From the NCBI GenBank assembly GCA_027923505.1, contig BROI01000026.1, forward strand, positions 62,001 through 126,000: a stretch of DNA of 64,000 bases, given 5' to 3'. This document shows, in pieces, positions 52,800 to 64,000 of the stretch. Positions within the stretch are counted from its first letter, which is position 1, and every line of letters starts with the position of its first letter. This stretch comes from Mayamaea pseudoterrestris. Lineage: Eukaryota. The position numbers and the translations under genes are program-made. The notes under the pieces were generated by a model that did no database searches, had not been told where the DNA came from, and saw nothing but the letters and a program-made list of their open reading frames with translations.

Positions 52800-55700
52800 A
52801 TGAACTATTCTGAGCAACAACACGACGAGTCTGACAGTGACGCCGGAGCTGCAAGCTCCTCCGATGACGACGTAGAGAATGATTGCTTGAATCGAAAGAT
52901 CGCTCGACGCCAGAGGCAGCAAATGGAAGATTTGTACGGCAGCTTTCTTGACTCGGACGACGAAGGCGGCAACACGTTTCGCAAGTTCAATCAACATCGC
53001 AGCAGCAATTCTGATGGTAATTCAAGAAAACATGGCGCACCAGTGTTTGTCAAGACGAGTCGAGCGGAAGAAGACGTAGCTGAAATTGAGTCAAAACCAG
53101 TGTTGCCCACGCAGACGCAAGCAGCTACTGAGAGTGCAGCCAACGAGCTGCAAGACGACAATCAACCCGACGAGGATGAGTTGAAACGTCGACGAGAAAT
53201 GGAGGAAAAGAATCAACGTTTCTTGGAGCTGCTGCAAAAAGGCAAGGGTTTAAAGAGGGCGCCTGCGAGTCGAAGCAATCACGGCGCGTCTTTGCGCGAA
53301 AGCGTACGAGAAGCAAAAGTTGACGCACCGTCAATGGAACCAGCGACTCTACTTAATTCTCCTTCCACTGGTGGACTTGGACTAGGCGCCACTGCATCTG
53401 TTCCAATGCAATTTGGTGGAACGAATAGTCGAGGCCTGTCAAAGCCGCCAGCGGCTGCAATTCCCAAGCCAGCCACGTGGGAAAAGCACACCAAGGGTAT
53501 CGGCAGCAAGCTATTGGCAAAAATGGGTTACTCGGGACAGGGTGGCTTGAACAAGCGACTGCGGACCATGAATACGACAGAAGAACTACAGCAACCGGAT
53601 GCTGCCGCGGCCATTGCAACTCCATCGGCTGCGAATGGCACTGTTGAAACCAAGGGCATTTCGCAACCCGTACAAGTCAAGGTGAGGCCGAGTGGACTGG
53701 GACTGGGGTTTGGAAACTTTAAAGAGGCATCTTCGCTATCGCAAAACAAGCAAATTGAGGCGCAGGTTCGTGGAATTGATGTAATAGATGATAAGCCAGC
53801 TAATGCTGCTAGTCGACAGGCATCTGCGTCAAGTGGCAGGAGTGGAGGAGCCTCCTCCTCAGCCTTGCCCAGCGTCAAGGATTTGTTGAGCGAGCAGTCT
53901 TGGCGACGCGGCGCCAAAGGTAGCAAGAAACGAAAGCGAACAGTGGTGCCCTATACGGAACTTTTAAAGCAGCAGCCGGCGAACAAGCAAGTCATTATCG
54001 ACATGAGAGGACCAGCGTTTGACGATTCGGGTGAAGACCATGATGCAAATGGCCAAGCTCAGTTGGGTGTGGAGCTCTTGCACAATGTTTCACTTCTACT
54101 CAATACGTATGAAAACAAGCTATACTCACAGTCCACTTTTGTCGACTCGTCGAAGCGTAAGCTGGCGAGCATAGAATCGGACGTTCAAAGTATGGAAGAA
54201 CGGCGCAGCGGCACGCAGGAACGAATTCAAAAGCTTGAGCGAACACGTTCCATACTAGCCATGATTGGTCAGCTTTCAAATCCTGCATCTGTAAACCCCG
54301 ACACTGTTATGGAGAAAGTGCGCCTGCTTTTGACGGAGCTTGGAGACACGTTCACCGCTCAAGAAAAGATTGATTTAAACTTTTCAGAGGTACTAGTTCC
54401 TGCCTTGCTGGCATCGGTCGTCGACTCGAGCTTTCTTGAGAACTGGAATCCACTTAAAGATCCATTGCAGCGCTCCAAAATTATCATCAGTTCTGTAGTC
54501 GGTGTTGTCATGTCGCCAGACCACGCAAACAGTATGGAAGCCGCGCAAAACCTACTGACGAGTAGCTTGCTGCCGAAAATCAGAGCTGCTCTGGCATCGG
54601 TTCGCTGGGATCCAGTGCGAGACATGGATTCTGCACTCGATCTGTACGAGATTCTGATCGAGAGGCTCGCGGAGATTGACGAGACTTTGCAGCAACAGGT
54701 TAGCGACGAAATAAATGTCTTACCTGGATCTGTCAATTCGCCTCAGCTGGTGGAGATTGCGAAAGAAGTACTGATACGCGATGTCGTTTTTCAAAAGTTG
54801 TCGACAGCGCTTGGTCGCTGGAAGCCAGAGCTTGATGATGCATCAAGACTCAAGGATCGAATCGATCTCTGGGTTATACCTTGGCTGCCACATTTGGATC
54901 ACGAAGGACTTTTGCCGCAGCTTGTATCGGAATGCAAGCGCAAGGTCAAAGCGTCTATCACGTTTCTTCAAAAGGAAATAAAGGATGATGGAGACTTTAT
55001 CGCAGCTGTGATAGAAACACTGCGCTCGTGGAAGGGTGTACTCAAGGAAAAGACATTGCACGACATCGTTTCCACAGATGTCTGTCCTCGGCTGGCCCGA
55101 ACATTTTGTTCGACGAAGGCCATGGTTGCATCGCTCTCAGCCGACTGGTCGGTTGTGGAACTCGTTTTTCAGCTAAACGATTCGCGCCTGCTGTCAGATA
55201 TCGAGTTCCTGGCTTTAATGGAAGGCGACATTTTATTGCCGTGGTATGATGCAATTTACGATTGGTTGTCGAAGGGTGGTCATATAGACAATGCTGTTGA
55301 GAGCTATTTGGATATGAAGACACGTTTATTTCAGTGTGCAGGTTTTGATTGTCACTGTCCGGGAGCATCGCGTCGCTTGTACGAAGATGAGACCATTTGC
55401 CGGGTGTTTTATTCGTTACTGCTCATGTTCCGGGCATTGGTTGATGCTCGCCAGGCCGATATTAGTGTATACTCTTCTGGGCATTTTAGAAGTACGTTCC
55501 GATCGGCACTTGTCCGTCGCACAAAAGAAGAGCAGAGAAGAATTGCTGACGAACTTGCGAGGATGGACGGCGGAGTTGTAGGTGAGTCTGATTTGGGCAT
55601 GGATACACGCCTGCGAATGAATCGTTCCGGCCAAACACCGACATTTAAAGAGGTCGTCGAAGAATTCGCAAATGAACGAAGCATTCTGTTTCAGCCTAAG

Positions 55701-55847
55701 CAAGGTAGCAATGCTACTAGGGATGGAAAACCGGTGTATGTCTTTGGAAAAGTCCCTATCTACTTTGATGCAGATGTCGTTTTCGCTTTGAATGATGGAG
55801 AGTGGGTGCCAACGCCCCTTCAAAAGCTAGTTGATCGAGCTAATTGA
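52800..55847 (+). CDS. TFIP11: Tuftelin-interacting protein 11 (Ntr1/Spp382), spliceosome disassembly G-patch protein
   Basis: EDLYGSF, WEKHTKGIGSKLLAKMGY (G-patch), VRPSGLGLGFG, IIDMRGP, ELLHNVSLL, LWVIPWLP, TFKEVVEEFA. Confidence 0.92.
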   Translation: MNYSEQQHDESDSDAGAASSSDDDVENDCLNRKIARRQRQQMEDLYGSFLDSDDEGGNTFRKFNQHRSSNSDGNSRKHGAPVFVKTSRAEEDVAEIESKPVLPTQTQAATESAANELQDDNQPDEDELKRRREMEEKNQRFLELLQKGKGLKRAPASRSNHGASLRESVREAKVDAPSMEPATLLNSPSTGGLGLGATASVPMQFGGTNSRGLSKPPAAAIPKPATWEKHTKGIGSKLLAKMGYSGQGGLNKRLRTMNTTEELQQPDAAAAIATPSAANGTVETKGISQPVQVKVRPSGLGLGFGNFKEASSLSQNKQIEAQVRGIDVIDDKPANAASRQASASSGRSGGASSSALPSVKDLLSEQSWRRGAKGSKKRKRTVVPYTELLKQQPANKQVIIDMRGPAFDDSGEDHDANGQAQLGVELLHNVSLLLNTYENKLYSQSTFVDSSKRKLASIESDVQSMEERRSGTQERIQKLERTRSILAMIGQLSNPASVNPDTVMEKVRLLLTELGDTFTAQEKIDLNFSEVLVPALLASVVDSSFLENWNPLKDPLQRSKIIISSVVGVVMSPDHANSMEAAQNLLTSSLLPKIRAALASVRWDPVRDMDSALDLYEILIERLAEIDETLQQQVSDEINVLPGSVNSPQLVEIAKEVLIRDVVFQKLSTALGRWKPELDDASRLKDRIDLWVIPWLPHLDHEGLLPQLVSECKRKVKASITFLQKEIKDDGDFIAAVIETLRSWKGVLKEKTLHDIVSTDVCPRLARTFCSTKAMVASLSADWSVVELVFQLNDSRLLSDIEFLALMEGDILLPWYDAIYDWLSKGGHIDNAVESYLDMKTRLFQCAGFDCHCPGASRRLYEDETICRVFYSLLLMFRALVDARQADISVYSSGHFRSTFRSALVRRTKEEQRRIADELARMDGGVVGESDLGMDTRLRMNRSGQTPTFKEVVEEFANERSILFQPKQGSNATRDGKPVYVFGKVPIYFDADVVFALNDGEWVPTPLQKLVDRAN

Positions 55848-55870
55848 GCGGCATCAAAGTGTATATGGAT

Positions 55871-58800
55871 TTAGTTTGTTTTCCTATGTATACCGTTTAC
55901 GTGGCGAGTAGAACCTCGTTGCATGCTACTACTTTTTCGTTGCTCCTCCATTCTTGACTCTAGCCGTGCATGCCACCACTGCAATGTTTCACGCGGCGAG
56001 AAGAGCCGAATAGCCAGTTGCTCATCCGCAGATCGTACAATGTTCCGCTTCGCTATAATAATCCGCGAATTGTCTTCCGCGATGGCATATTCACACTCAG
56101 GCAGGTACATTGAGTAAGTGGGCAGGCATCCATTCCACTGATCTCTCAGTTGTATCTCAGCTTGTTTTGTGTCGCCATAAAATGATGATGCACTCAACAC
56201 AGTGTCCGACGCACTCTTGATGATGTGCAAATGATCATCGGACGTTGTAACGGCAAGTCCAATTTCGAAAACACTTCGATTGCTGCTTTGAAACTCAATC
56301 GCCTTGACCTCCTTCACACGGTGGCTGTCGAACAAATTACGTGTTGTTAACGCCTGCAAGTCAATGGGTGATCCGATGTCTGAATGAAACGTGCGAGATC
56401 GGTTCATTATAGAAGATCTGTTTGGCTTCATCGACAGTTTCACTCTCGATAACTGCTGCAACACATTTTCGATAGATTGCTCGTGCTCCAAATGCGATTG
56501 CCTTCCAACTTCCAACTCAAGCTTACAAGGGGTAAGTAGCTCGTTAATGCGAATATAGATCTTGCGACGACGCGGAATGAAAGAAAGCAAGACCTCTTTG
56601 GTGCGCGTCCGACGTAGCGAATCTAAACTTATGATTTCGTCATAAAGATTGGCCATGCGCAGAAAATTTTCCTTCCAACCCGCCATGCCACTCTTGATTA
56701 TGGTCTTGTAGGATGCCTCAGCGAGCCAACGGTCATGGGTCCGGTTGTCGCAGTCGTTGAGCGTGCGTCCCTCGGCGACTTCATACTGATCTGCAACATT
56801 TTTTATCGCATAGGGTGAGCTTAATACCACTGCAGACTTAGTTTGTAGTCAACTTCACATCTGCTTACCCCAGGCCTCCTGAATCCTGGACTCGATAAGT
56901 CCGACTTCGGAAGTCACTTCATTGCCCCTCCTTAACAATAGCAACGCATTCTTCACAAGATCAACCCGTAATTCCGTCATGGCAAGCACATCCATGTCGA
57001 GCAACTCGTTATCTTCGCTGACGCGGTCAGAGATTTCTCGCAAACATCGATACATTGGGTCTAATACTGATGATTCCTTAGCCGTGTTTCGTCGCAACTC
57101 GGCAGTCCTGCTCCGATTGTCAGCGCCAGATACCAAGTCTCCTTCATCGTCGAGGAACGAATCGCTGCATATGTTTTTGAGCATGAGTGAATATACAGCA
57201 AGAGCATTGAATGAGCTCTCGAGCAAGTCTTCAACATGATCTGTCTGCTTGAGCATTCTTTGTATAATAATGCGATACCAACTCCATTCCGTTGTCATTG
57301 TGTCTAGCTCAGCCATTGCCCAGCAACGGCGCTTTGACTCGATTGCTGTCATGACGGCCATGGTTTCCGAAGCGTCCCGACCCAATTCTTCGTTAAGCAG
57401 CTTCAGAGGCTGAAGTGCTCGTGCCTGTGATAGCTCCTCATCAGTTGGATCCTCGACGACAATGTTCATGCCATCGTCAACCGTGTATTTACGAAAACGA
57501 TATATACCTCGTTCCTTGCTCAAATAAGCGTCCGTCAAGGCGTCAACGTCGATTGGCCCTTCAAACATGGCATCCATCTCGCTAGCATCCTTATCAAAAA
57601 ATTCTTCCAGCGACATACGCTTACCGCCCGCTTCAATCTTGGCTGACGTGACAGAATTTTCGCCGTCACTAGCGAGTGGTTCATGGCCAGCAGGGGCAGG
57701 GAACAGGTCTACTAATTTATCGGATTTGCTGTCATACAAGGCACCCTCAGGTGCAACCTTGGCCTCTTCAGATGCTGCTGTGGAAAGCGAATCCGGTTTT
57801 ACAAGCCCATCGACAACCGCATCGACGGCTAGTCCATTGCCTGGCACAGCGTTGACCATGAATTCTTTCATAATGCTCGTCTCGTCGAGCATATCCTGCT
57901 GCGGCGGCGGATCATGTCTTTTACTTGACTCTGCCAAACTTTGCCGCGACAAATCATTTTCTCGTACAGATTCACCCCCTGTTGATGATTGTTGCGTAAA
58001 TGACGAAGTTTCTGTACCAGTTTCATTCGCATTGCCCGCGAGAGCGTCGTCCAAGCGCGACATTTCCAAAGATATTGCAATGGCTTTATTCGTAAGCAAT
58101 GGTTCCACTTCTAATGGCAGTCCAAAATGATCGTCTACTCCAATTGTCGAGTACGAGTCAAGCAGCGATACCTCGGATAAATCGTTATCCTCCACAAGAT
58201 TTTGCGGCCTTGCGACAGGCTGTTGCAGCGACGATGAATCCACAGACACTAAATCGTCCTCATTCACTCCAACTTCCTCGTGTCGAGTAACAGCGCCGTT
58301 TGGTTGGAACGCATGTTCTTGCGGTGGGATTTGATATTTTGCATGCCGAAGGCCTTTGGAGCGAGTTTCGATTGCCTCGCCGCTGTCGACGACGGCACCA
58401 CCACCACTAGCACTCACAGTGTGATTCCGCGACTGCTGCTCCAGTCGACCATCACCAGTGGCATTCACTTGTGTTTGCTTGTTTTGCATATTGTCATACT
58501 GCTCATCGTCTCCTCCTCCATCTCCTTGTTCACCAGTGTCGTGACTGCCGTGGCTGCTAAAGGACGACCCATCGTGGTAAATGCGCATATCATCGCCCGA
58601 GTCTACCGACTGACAGGTTTCCAGCGCTGGCAACAAGTCACTGGAACCATGTGGAGTCTTGGTATCCATTGGCTCATTCGTCGTCGTTAGTATTATATTG
58701 CTTGCTGATTGCTTTGATACCTTTTGCTCCAACGGCTCGTCTGAGTCACAAAACGACGGCGACAGTAGTGTTTCTGGTTTCTGCTCCTCAAAAGAGTTCA

Positions 58801-59527
58801 TGGTCAGTGAGGAAGCTGACTTCAATATAGCATTTGTCGTTGTTTGCTGCGGCAGCTGCGGCTGCGACGGAACACTAATGCGCGTTGGCACTGGAGGAGA
58901 CGGAGACTGCTGCAGCAAGGGTTTTGCCTTTGCTGTTAGTTCCTGCACGATCGCTTGCTGTTTCTTTGTCTGATTTTCCTTGTAGGCTCTAAATAATGCT
59001 TGGGCTTCCAGTTTCACCTTGTCCATGCTGTAGTTGGGAACGACGATTATGCAGTCGCCAAGTGTAATTGTTCCGTCGTCCGAGAATGGGACAGCAACAA
59101 TGTCCGCACCTTTGCTGCGGAATACGGAGCGCTTGAGTCGCACCAGCTTACTAGGAATGACTTCAATTGTATTTTCCTCGATAATTTCTGGATGAAAGTG
59201 ATGCAGGGCGACAAAATGCTCAAATTGTTCAGATGCAGCAGAGGCAGCCGTCGTGCTGATGCCGCTCATTACATCATTCATTTCGTGTGCTGCTGCTTCC
59301 TCCTCTTCGACTTGCAGCAACTCGTGCAATCGCTCAAGATTCCCATTGCCCTTGTCATCCTCAACTCCATCATTAAAGTTAACATTCAGTTGCAAAGCCT
59401 TGCGCCAAGTCGATTCCAGTGCCGACGCCGCACCAACGTGAGCGCCTCGACGGTCGTGCAGCACTTTAAAGACGGCCGATACGCCGCTGCACTCCTTGGA
59501 ACCGCAAATGCAAGTCAATTTACGCAT
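55871..59527 (-). CDS. Large hypothetical protein; intron most likely 56791-56868
   Basis: 890-aa and 319-aa ORFs joined in frame by a GTAAGC...GCAG intron. Cys/His N-terminus, helical middle, PH-like C-terminus. Confidence 0.68.
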
Positions 59528-59685
59528 TCGATACTTTGTTAATTGTAATTTGTAAGTGGTGTAGTCGTAATGAATGCTGCACTACCTATCAAGCTAAGAT
59601 GACTCGTGTCGAATGGAAGAACGACGAAACGGAGGTGCGCCATGTCGAGCTAAACCGATACGACATCTACCTAGCACAGTGGGGT

Positions 59686-59987
59686 GGCAGGCAGCCGACC
59701 ATGCTTGGAATGCCGCTTTGGTGACTATCAATCTGCCAATCCTTTACCAATGTGTATATGGTGTCAGGGTGTGATTTTGAGCCTCATTGTGTGCAGAAGG
59801 GGATTTGATGTAGCGAAAGAAGGCAGCCCTCTTCTTGCAGGGCCCTGGCACATGCAATACAGGCAGGCAGCCAATTCATGCTTGGAATGCCACTTTGGAT
59901 AATGTCAATCTGCCAATCTCTTACCAATGTGTATATGGTGTCAGGGTTTGAGTTTGAGACTCATTGTGTGCAGCAGGGGATTTGCTG
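59686..59987. repeat. Diverged direct repeat, period ~176 bp
   Basis: GGCAGGCAGCC...CATGCTTGGAATGCC...TTACCAATGTGTATATGGTGTCAGGGT...CTCATTGTGTGCAG at 59686 and 59862. Confidence 0.85.
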
Positions 59988-60143
59988 AGAAGAATGAATG
60001 CAGTCGTGTCGGAGTGGTGTCTGTCCGCGACTCAGCTGACTGCGACTGCCGCGCGCGATTCTCCACCATGGCAAACAGTTGTTTCGTTCCAGCGAAGGCG
60101 ACAATCCATTGTACATTCACAAGTAGTCTTTACACTATATCAC

Positions 60144-62839
60144 ATGTCCTCCTCTAAGCTATTATTGTCACGGAAGCGCCGTCGTTTGTCGCAAGAAGAT
60201 GCTGTCGCTGCTGGTGCCTCCCCCGGAAGTCTCATGGCAATGTTTGACAGCGACAAGCAGCAGGAGCAGCAAGCCACTCGACCTGCATCTGCCACACGAA
60301 TCAAACAGGAAACAACAAGCAGTCATAGCGCAGATGATTCATGCCAGATGAATGCAATATACTCGCAAGGAAGTCAATGTCGTAATCGCCCAAATGCTGC
60401 TGCAGCAGCATCTCCGTTAACGAGCAAGAGGAGGCTGACGACGACGATGCCCATCAAGCAGGAGGGGGAAGCTTCACCAACGTCATACTTGCCTCGAAAG
60501 CAGCAGCAGCAGCAGCGACAAGTCATTTCGTCTTTGTCTGTTTTGGAAGTACTGGAATCGTCGGACAATGATGATGCATCGAGTCAAAAGTCGAAGGTGC
60601 AACGTGCAAGACACAGTAATTCTTCACCACGCAAGCCGCGTCAGCAGATCACTGGTTCGGATGACAAGCAATATATGCAATCAGCAATCAGGTCTGCTTC
60701 TCCTTTGTCAAGCCGCAAGCAACAATTGCAGCAGCCGTTTGCATCAGTATTGGAGACAATGGCAGTTCCACAGCGGCCGCCGCAGCCTTTGCAATGGGAC
60801 TCTTTGACGGGAGGAAATGCTGCTGGAGCAAGTACACAAACGACGGTAGATATGACTTCGCCGCCAAGCAAACAAACGATTACCACCAAGCGTCACTCTA
60901 GTTGCAAGTCTGGCGTCGTGGACTCGCTGGCGCAGCTGGAGACTCTTCAAGTACACGAACGACGGTAGATATGACTTCGCCGCCAAGCAAACAAACAATC
61001 ACGACCAAGCGTCACTCTGGTAGCAAGCCTGGCGTCGTGGACTCGCTGGCGCAGCTGGAGACTCGAGGAAATGCTGCTGGAGCAAGTACACGAACAAAGG
61101 TAGATGATCTGGTGGATGAGCATGGAAAAGCTTCAAGAGATTCGAATGACGACTTTTTGGCATGCTTGTTTTCCACGTTGAGTGACGACAACGACTCGGA
61201 TATTGACGAAACGACTCCAGTCAAGTCAAATCGCGCCAAATCGTTTCATGATGCAAGGCATATGGTGTCATCGTCGCCTACGACGAAACAAATTGCATCT
61301 GCAACAAAGTCATCGTCCATTCTCGAGCAAGCCACGACGACACCTTTTCCAATGCAAGTTAAATGTATGAAGCAGCCGAATAAACAAAGGCTGCACTCGC
61401 ATTTGCCATCGCGTCGAAAATTTATGCAGCAATCAACCTTGCCATCGTCAATGCCGCGAGTCAAGAAGGAACGCAACGAGCACGACTCGACTCCGCCGGC
61501 CAAGTTGACGAAGCATGGACAGCCAAAGGTTGCGACTGCCAAAGCCATCAAAAGACAAGCCACCAAATTGGAGTCAAGCGAGGACGAATCATACTCCTTG
61601 TCAGAAGCGCCCGCTTCAGAGGATGATTCTGACAATGATTTTTATCATTCTGCTGTCACAAAATGGAATCAGCATGCTCCGCAGGAAAGGAACAGCGAGA
61701 GCGACGTCCAGAATCAGGAGGTTGCTTCAACATTGAAAAGGCCAGAGCCATCAAGCCAAAGTAAAAAGTCGGTGAAGAATGCAGCATCATTGACTTCCAT
61801 ATTCTCCTCTGTGCTGGAACAATCGGCCAAACCTCCAACCAGCAGCACGAAAAGGAAGCGATTGACCAAGTACACCGAGCCGATATCGTCACCGAACGGA
61901 CATTCGTCTCTCAAGCAAGGAAACGGGGCAGGCAATAGTATTGTCAAGCCTAACAGTTTTAAAAAGAAACCGACGCAGGATCCACTGGCGCCTACTAATT
62001 CGTCATCATCATCATCCGCATCCTCCACCTCGTCGTCGAAAGGGTTCGATATGGACGACAACAACAACCAAACCGAAGATGAGAGCCGCATGTTGGATTC
62101 CAACAAGAGTTTCGACGGCTCACACGCCAGTGGTAGCACTGCCACTGACGACAAGAAGGATTGGATGAGTGACGCAACGAGCGGATGGGACGCCCATCGT
62201 GACTTGTTTGCCCAATCGGAGGAAAAGTTTTTTGACAATAACACTGGATACGAACCAATGTCATCGAGCGTCATTCGGTACGCTTTGGCAACGATGAAGA
62301 AGGAAGCGAGCCGCATTGTTCGTTACGGGCCAGGGCACGAGCAAGATACAATGACGCAGCAACCAACGCCTTTGCAGCAGGTGCAGTGGAGGAAGCATTT
62401 TGACGCGATTATTGCGTCGGTTCATCAGCGAATTCGCGAAGAAGGATTGCCCAATGTTTACATTCGAGCGGAAACGTCGTTTGACGCGACGGAGCTACTG
62501 CCAACCAAGACGGCCAAGCTGTTGGAGCAGGCTCGCGAGAATGACAAGATGGCAGGAACACTCAAGCCCAAGCACCGCGAGTGGGAGCACAAGGATTTGG
62601 AAGCCTCGCTGGCGAGGGCCGAACTTTCGCAAGAATTGGACCATTTGCTGAAGCAGGGACAGTCGCTGCGCCATCCGAGACTGGATGTGTTTCTAAACGA
62701 GACGCAAAACGAATCGATTGCAAACGCTGCCAAGCCAATGACGCTCTACAAATCGGCTCCAGCTGGCAGCATGAAATTATTCGTGGACGGTTTCGCCGCT
62801 CATTGCGAATCACAGCTCCAGAACGACTCTGTTGGTTGA
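60144..62839 (+). CDS. Low-complexity hypothetical protein split by a frameshift at ~60946
   Basis: Two overlapping ORFs with the same composition and a shared peptide repeat (TTVDMTSPPSKQTITTKRHS). Confidence 0.55.
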
Positions 62840-62974
62840 AGCAATATTATTCATCGCTGCAACTGCTATTGGTACAACGCTCAATGATATTGGATGATAG
62901 ATTGATCAACGTTAACATGCTAATTCATTATTTATTATCCACTGATCCCGATTCATCCATTCACCTCGCCACTA

Positions 62975-64000
62975 CTACGTCAGTGGCTGCGCCGCAGCCG
63001 CCAAGTTGATTTGCGCCCGCGCCAGCTTGGTGCGCAAGTAGTAAACGTAGGCGGCCAGCAGAACGGCCGTTGTCAAGAATAGTCCAATCGCCACTGCCGC
63101 CGCCTTACTCTTGCGCGTCGTGGATGTTCGAATGACGCCATCGGAGCGAACAATCTTGATTCCTTCCATGTAGCTGCATGACGACTCGTTGGGATAGTCA
63201 ATCTCGAGGCGCGTTTCGCATTTGCCGGAAAGACTGTACATGGTCGCGCAGCCTTCGCCAGCGGCGTCAGCAGCTGCATCGTCGCCATCCGCGTCATAGT
63301 CTTGACATCCTAGGCAGCGTGTTGAAACCAAGGATGTTTCCGAATAGGGCAAGACAAAGCCTCGACTCTTGTAGAATGCAGTTTCGCCATTGGACGCAAA
63401 GGTGGTGCATGCATTGTCGGAAAAGACTCCGAGTTTCACATCGCCGCCTTGATCGGCGCAGTAGGGTCCAATGTAATATTCCATGTCGTTAGCATCGTCT
63501 CCATTGGCATTCGCGTCATCTCCATTGGCATTGTCAATGTCAACCTGAGTGCAGTAGGCAAAATTGGCCGGCTGGAAGTTGTCATTGGCGTCATTGCCGT
63601 CGTCCAAGCAACTCGTCATGCCGTAGTCATCGTAACAAGTCGCCACGCAATTCTCCTCGTCGTCACTTCCATCGCAAGCAGCTTCGCAGTCAGTCTTGGT
63701 GGTGGCGCAGACGCTCTCCTGCTCATTCTCCAAGACTTGCAAGTACGACGAGACGAAACTACTCAAGTCGATAATGTAGTCGCCAAACTTGCTCGTACAT
63801 CCAGTACTCTTGTCATTGCTGCAACTGTCCGACGGACAAAGGCGAAAACGAGCCAGTCGCTTGGTGAGGATGCGGACGGAGTCTTGATCCTCTTGATTAT
63901 TGTTGTTATTGCCGTCGCCATTATTCTGCTGCGAGTTGTCGTTCCACTGCTGCACATGGTGACAGCCTTGAAACTTCATCGAGTAGCCGCTCAGAAAGGA
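62975..64000 (-). CDS. Silicanin-1-like type I membrane protein (5' end outside window)
   Basis: YSMKFQGCH, RFRLCP..SC...GC...FGDY, YYIGPYC, Cys-rich acidic N/D-rich lumenal region, C-terminal TM and short tail. Confidence 0.8.
   Translation of the reverse strand, partial: SFLSGYSMKFQGCHHVQQWNDNSQQNNGDGNNNNNQEDQDSVRILTKRLARFRLCPSDSCSNDKSTGCTSKFGDYIIDLSSFVSSYLQVLENEQESVCATTKTDCEAACDGSDDEENCVATCYDDYGMTSCLDDGNDANDNFQPANFAYCTQVDIDNANGDDANANGDDANDMEYYIGPYCADQGGDVKLGVFSDNACTTFASNGETAFYKSRGFVLPYSETSLVSTRCLGCQDYDADGDDAAADAAGEGCATMYSLSGKCETRLEIDYPNESSCSYMEGIKIVRSDGVIRTSTTRKSKAAAVAIGLFLTTAVLLAAYVYYLRTKLARAQINLAAAAQPLT

Noticed and set aside
56830..56868. 39-nt intron
   Set aside because: In frame but unusually short; the acceptor at 56791 gives a typical 78-nt intron with a branch-like CTCAC.

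Overview
Gene-dense eukaryotic nuclear DNA, most likely from a diatom (inferred from a silicanin-like gene, a CoDi-type Ty1/copia element, bipartite plastid-targeting leaders and short GT-AG introns). It holds about 23 host protein genes: proteasome beta7, a giant CruP/CruA-like flavoprotein, a bZIP factor, an HA-domain protein, a BTB protein, threonine deaminase, quinone oxidoreductase, a 2OG-hydroxylase/sulfotransferase fusion, a kinesin, DNAJB12-like, MRG15-like, two ankyrin paralogs, TFIP11, a silicanin-like gene and several unknowns. There is one tRNA-Arg(TCT) and a young copia retrotransposon (31282-38617, TSD CTAAT). The element has three 329-bp LTRs, a putative half-tRNA-Asn primer site and a frameshift, and sits in a CpG-depleted repeat island. 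Other structures are a 1.15-kb tandem duplication of a divergent promoter, a 412-bp segment bounded by perfect 23-bp inverted repeats carrying TGACGTCA boxes, and several local repeats. All calls come from motif recognition by eye; no database searches were run.
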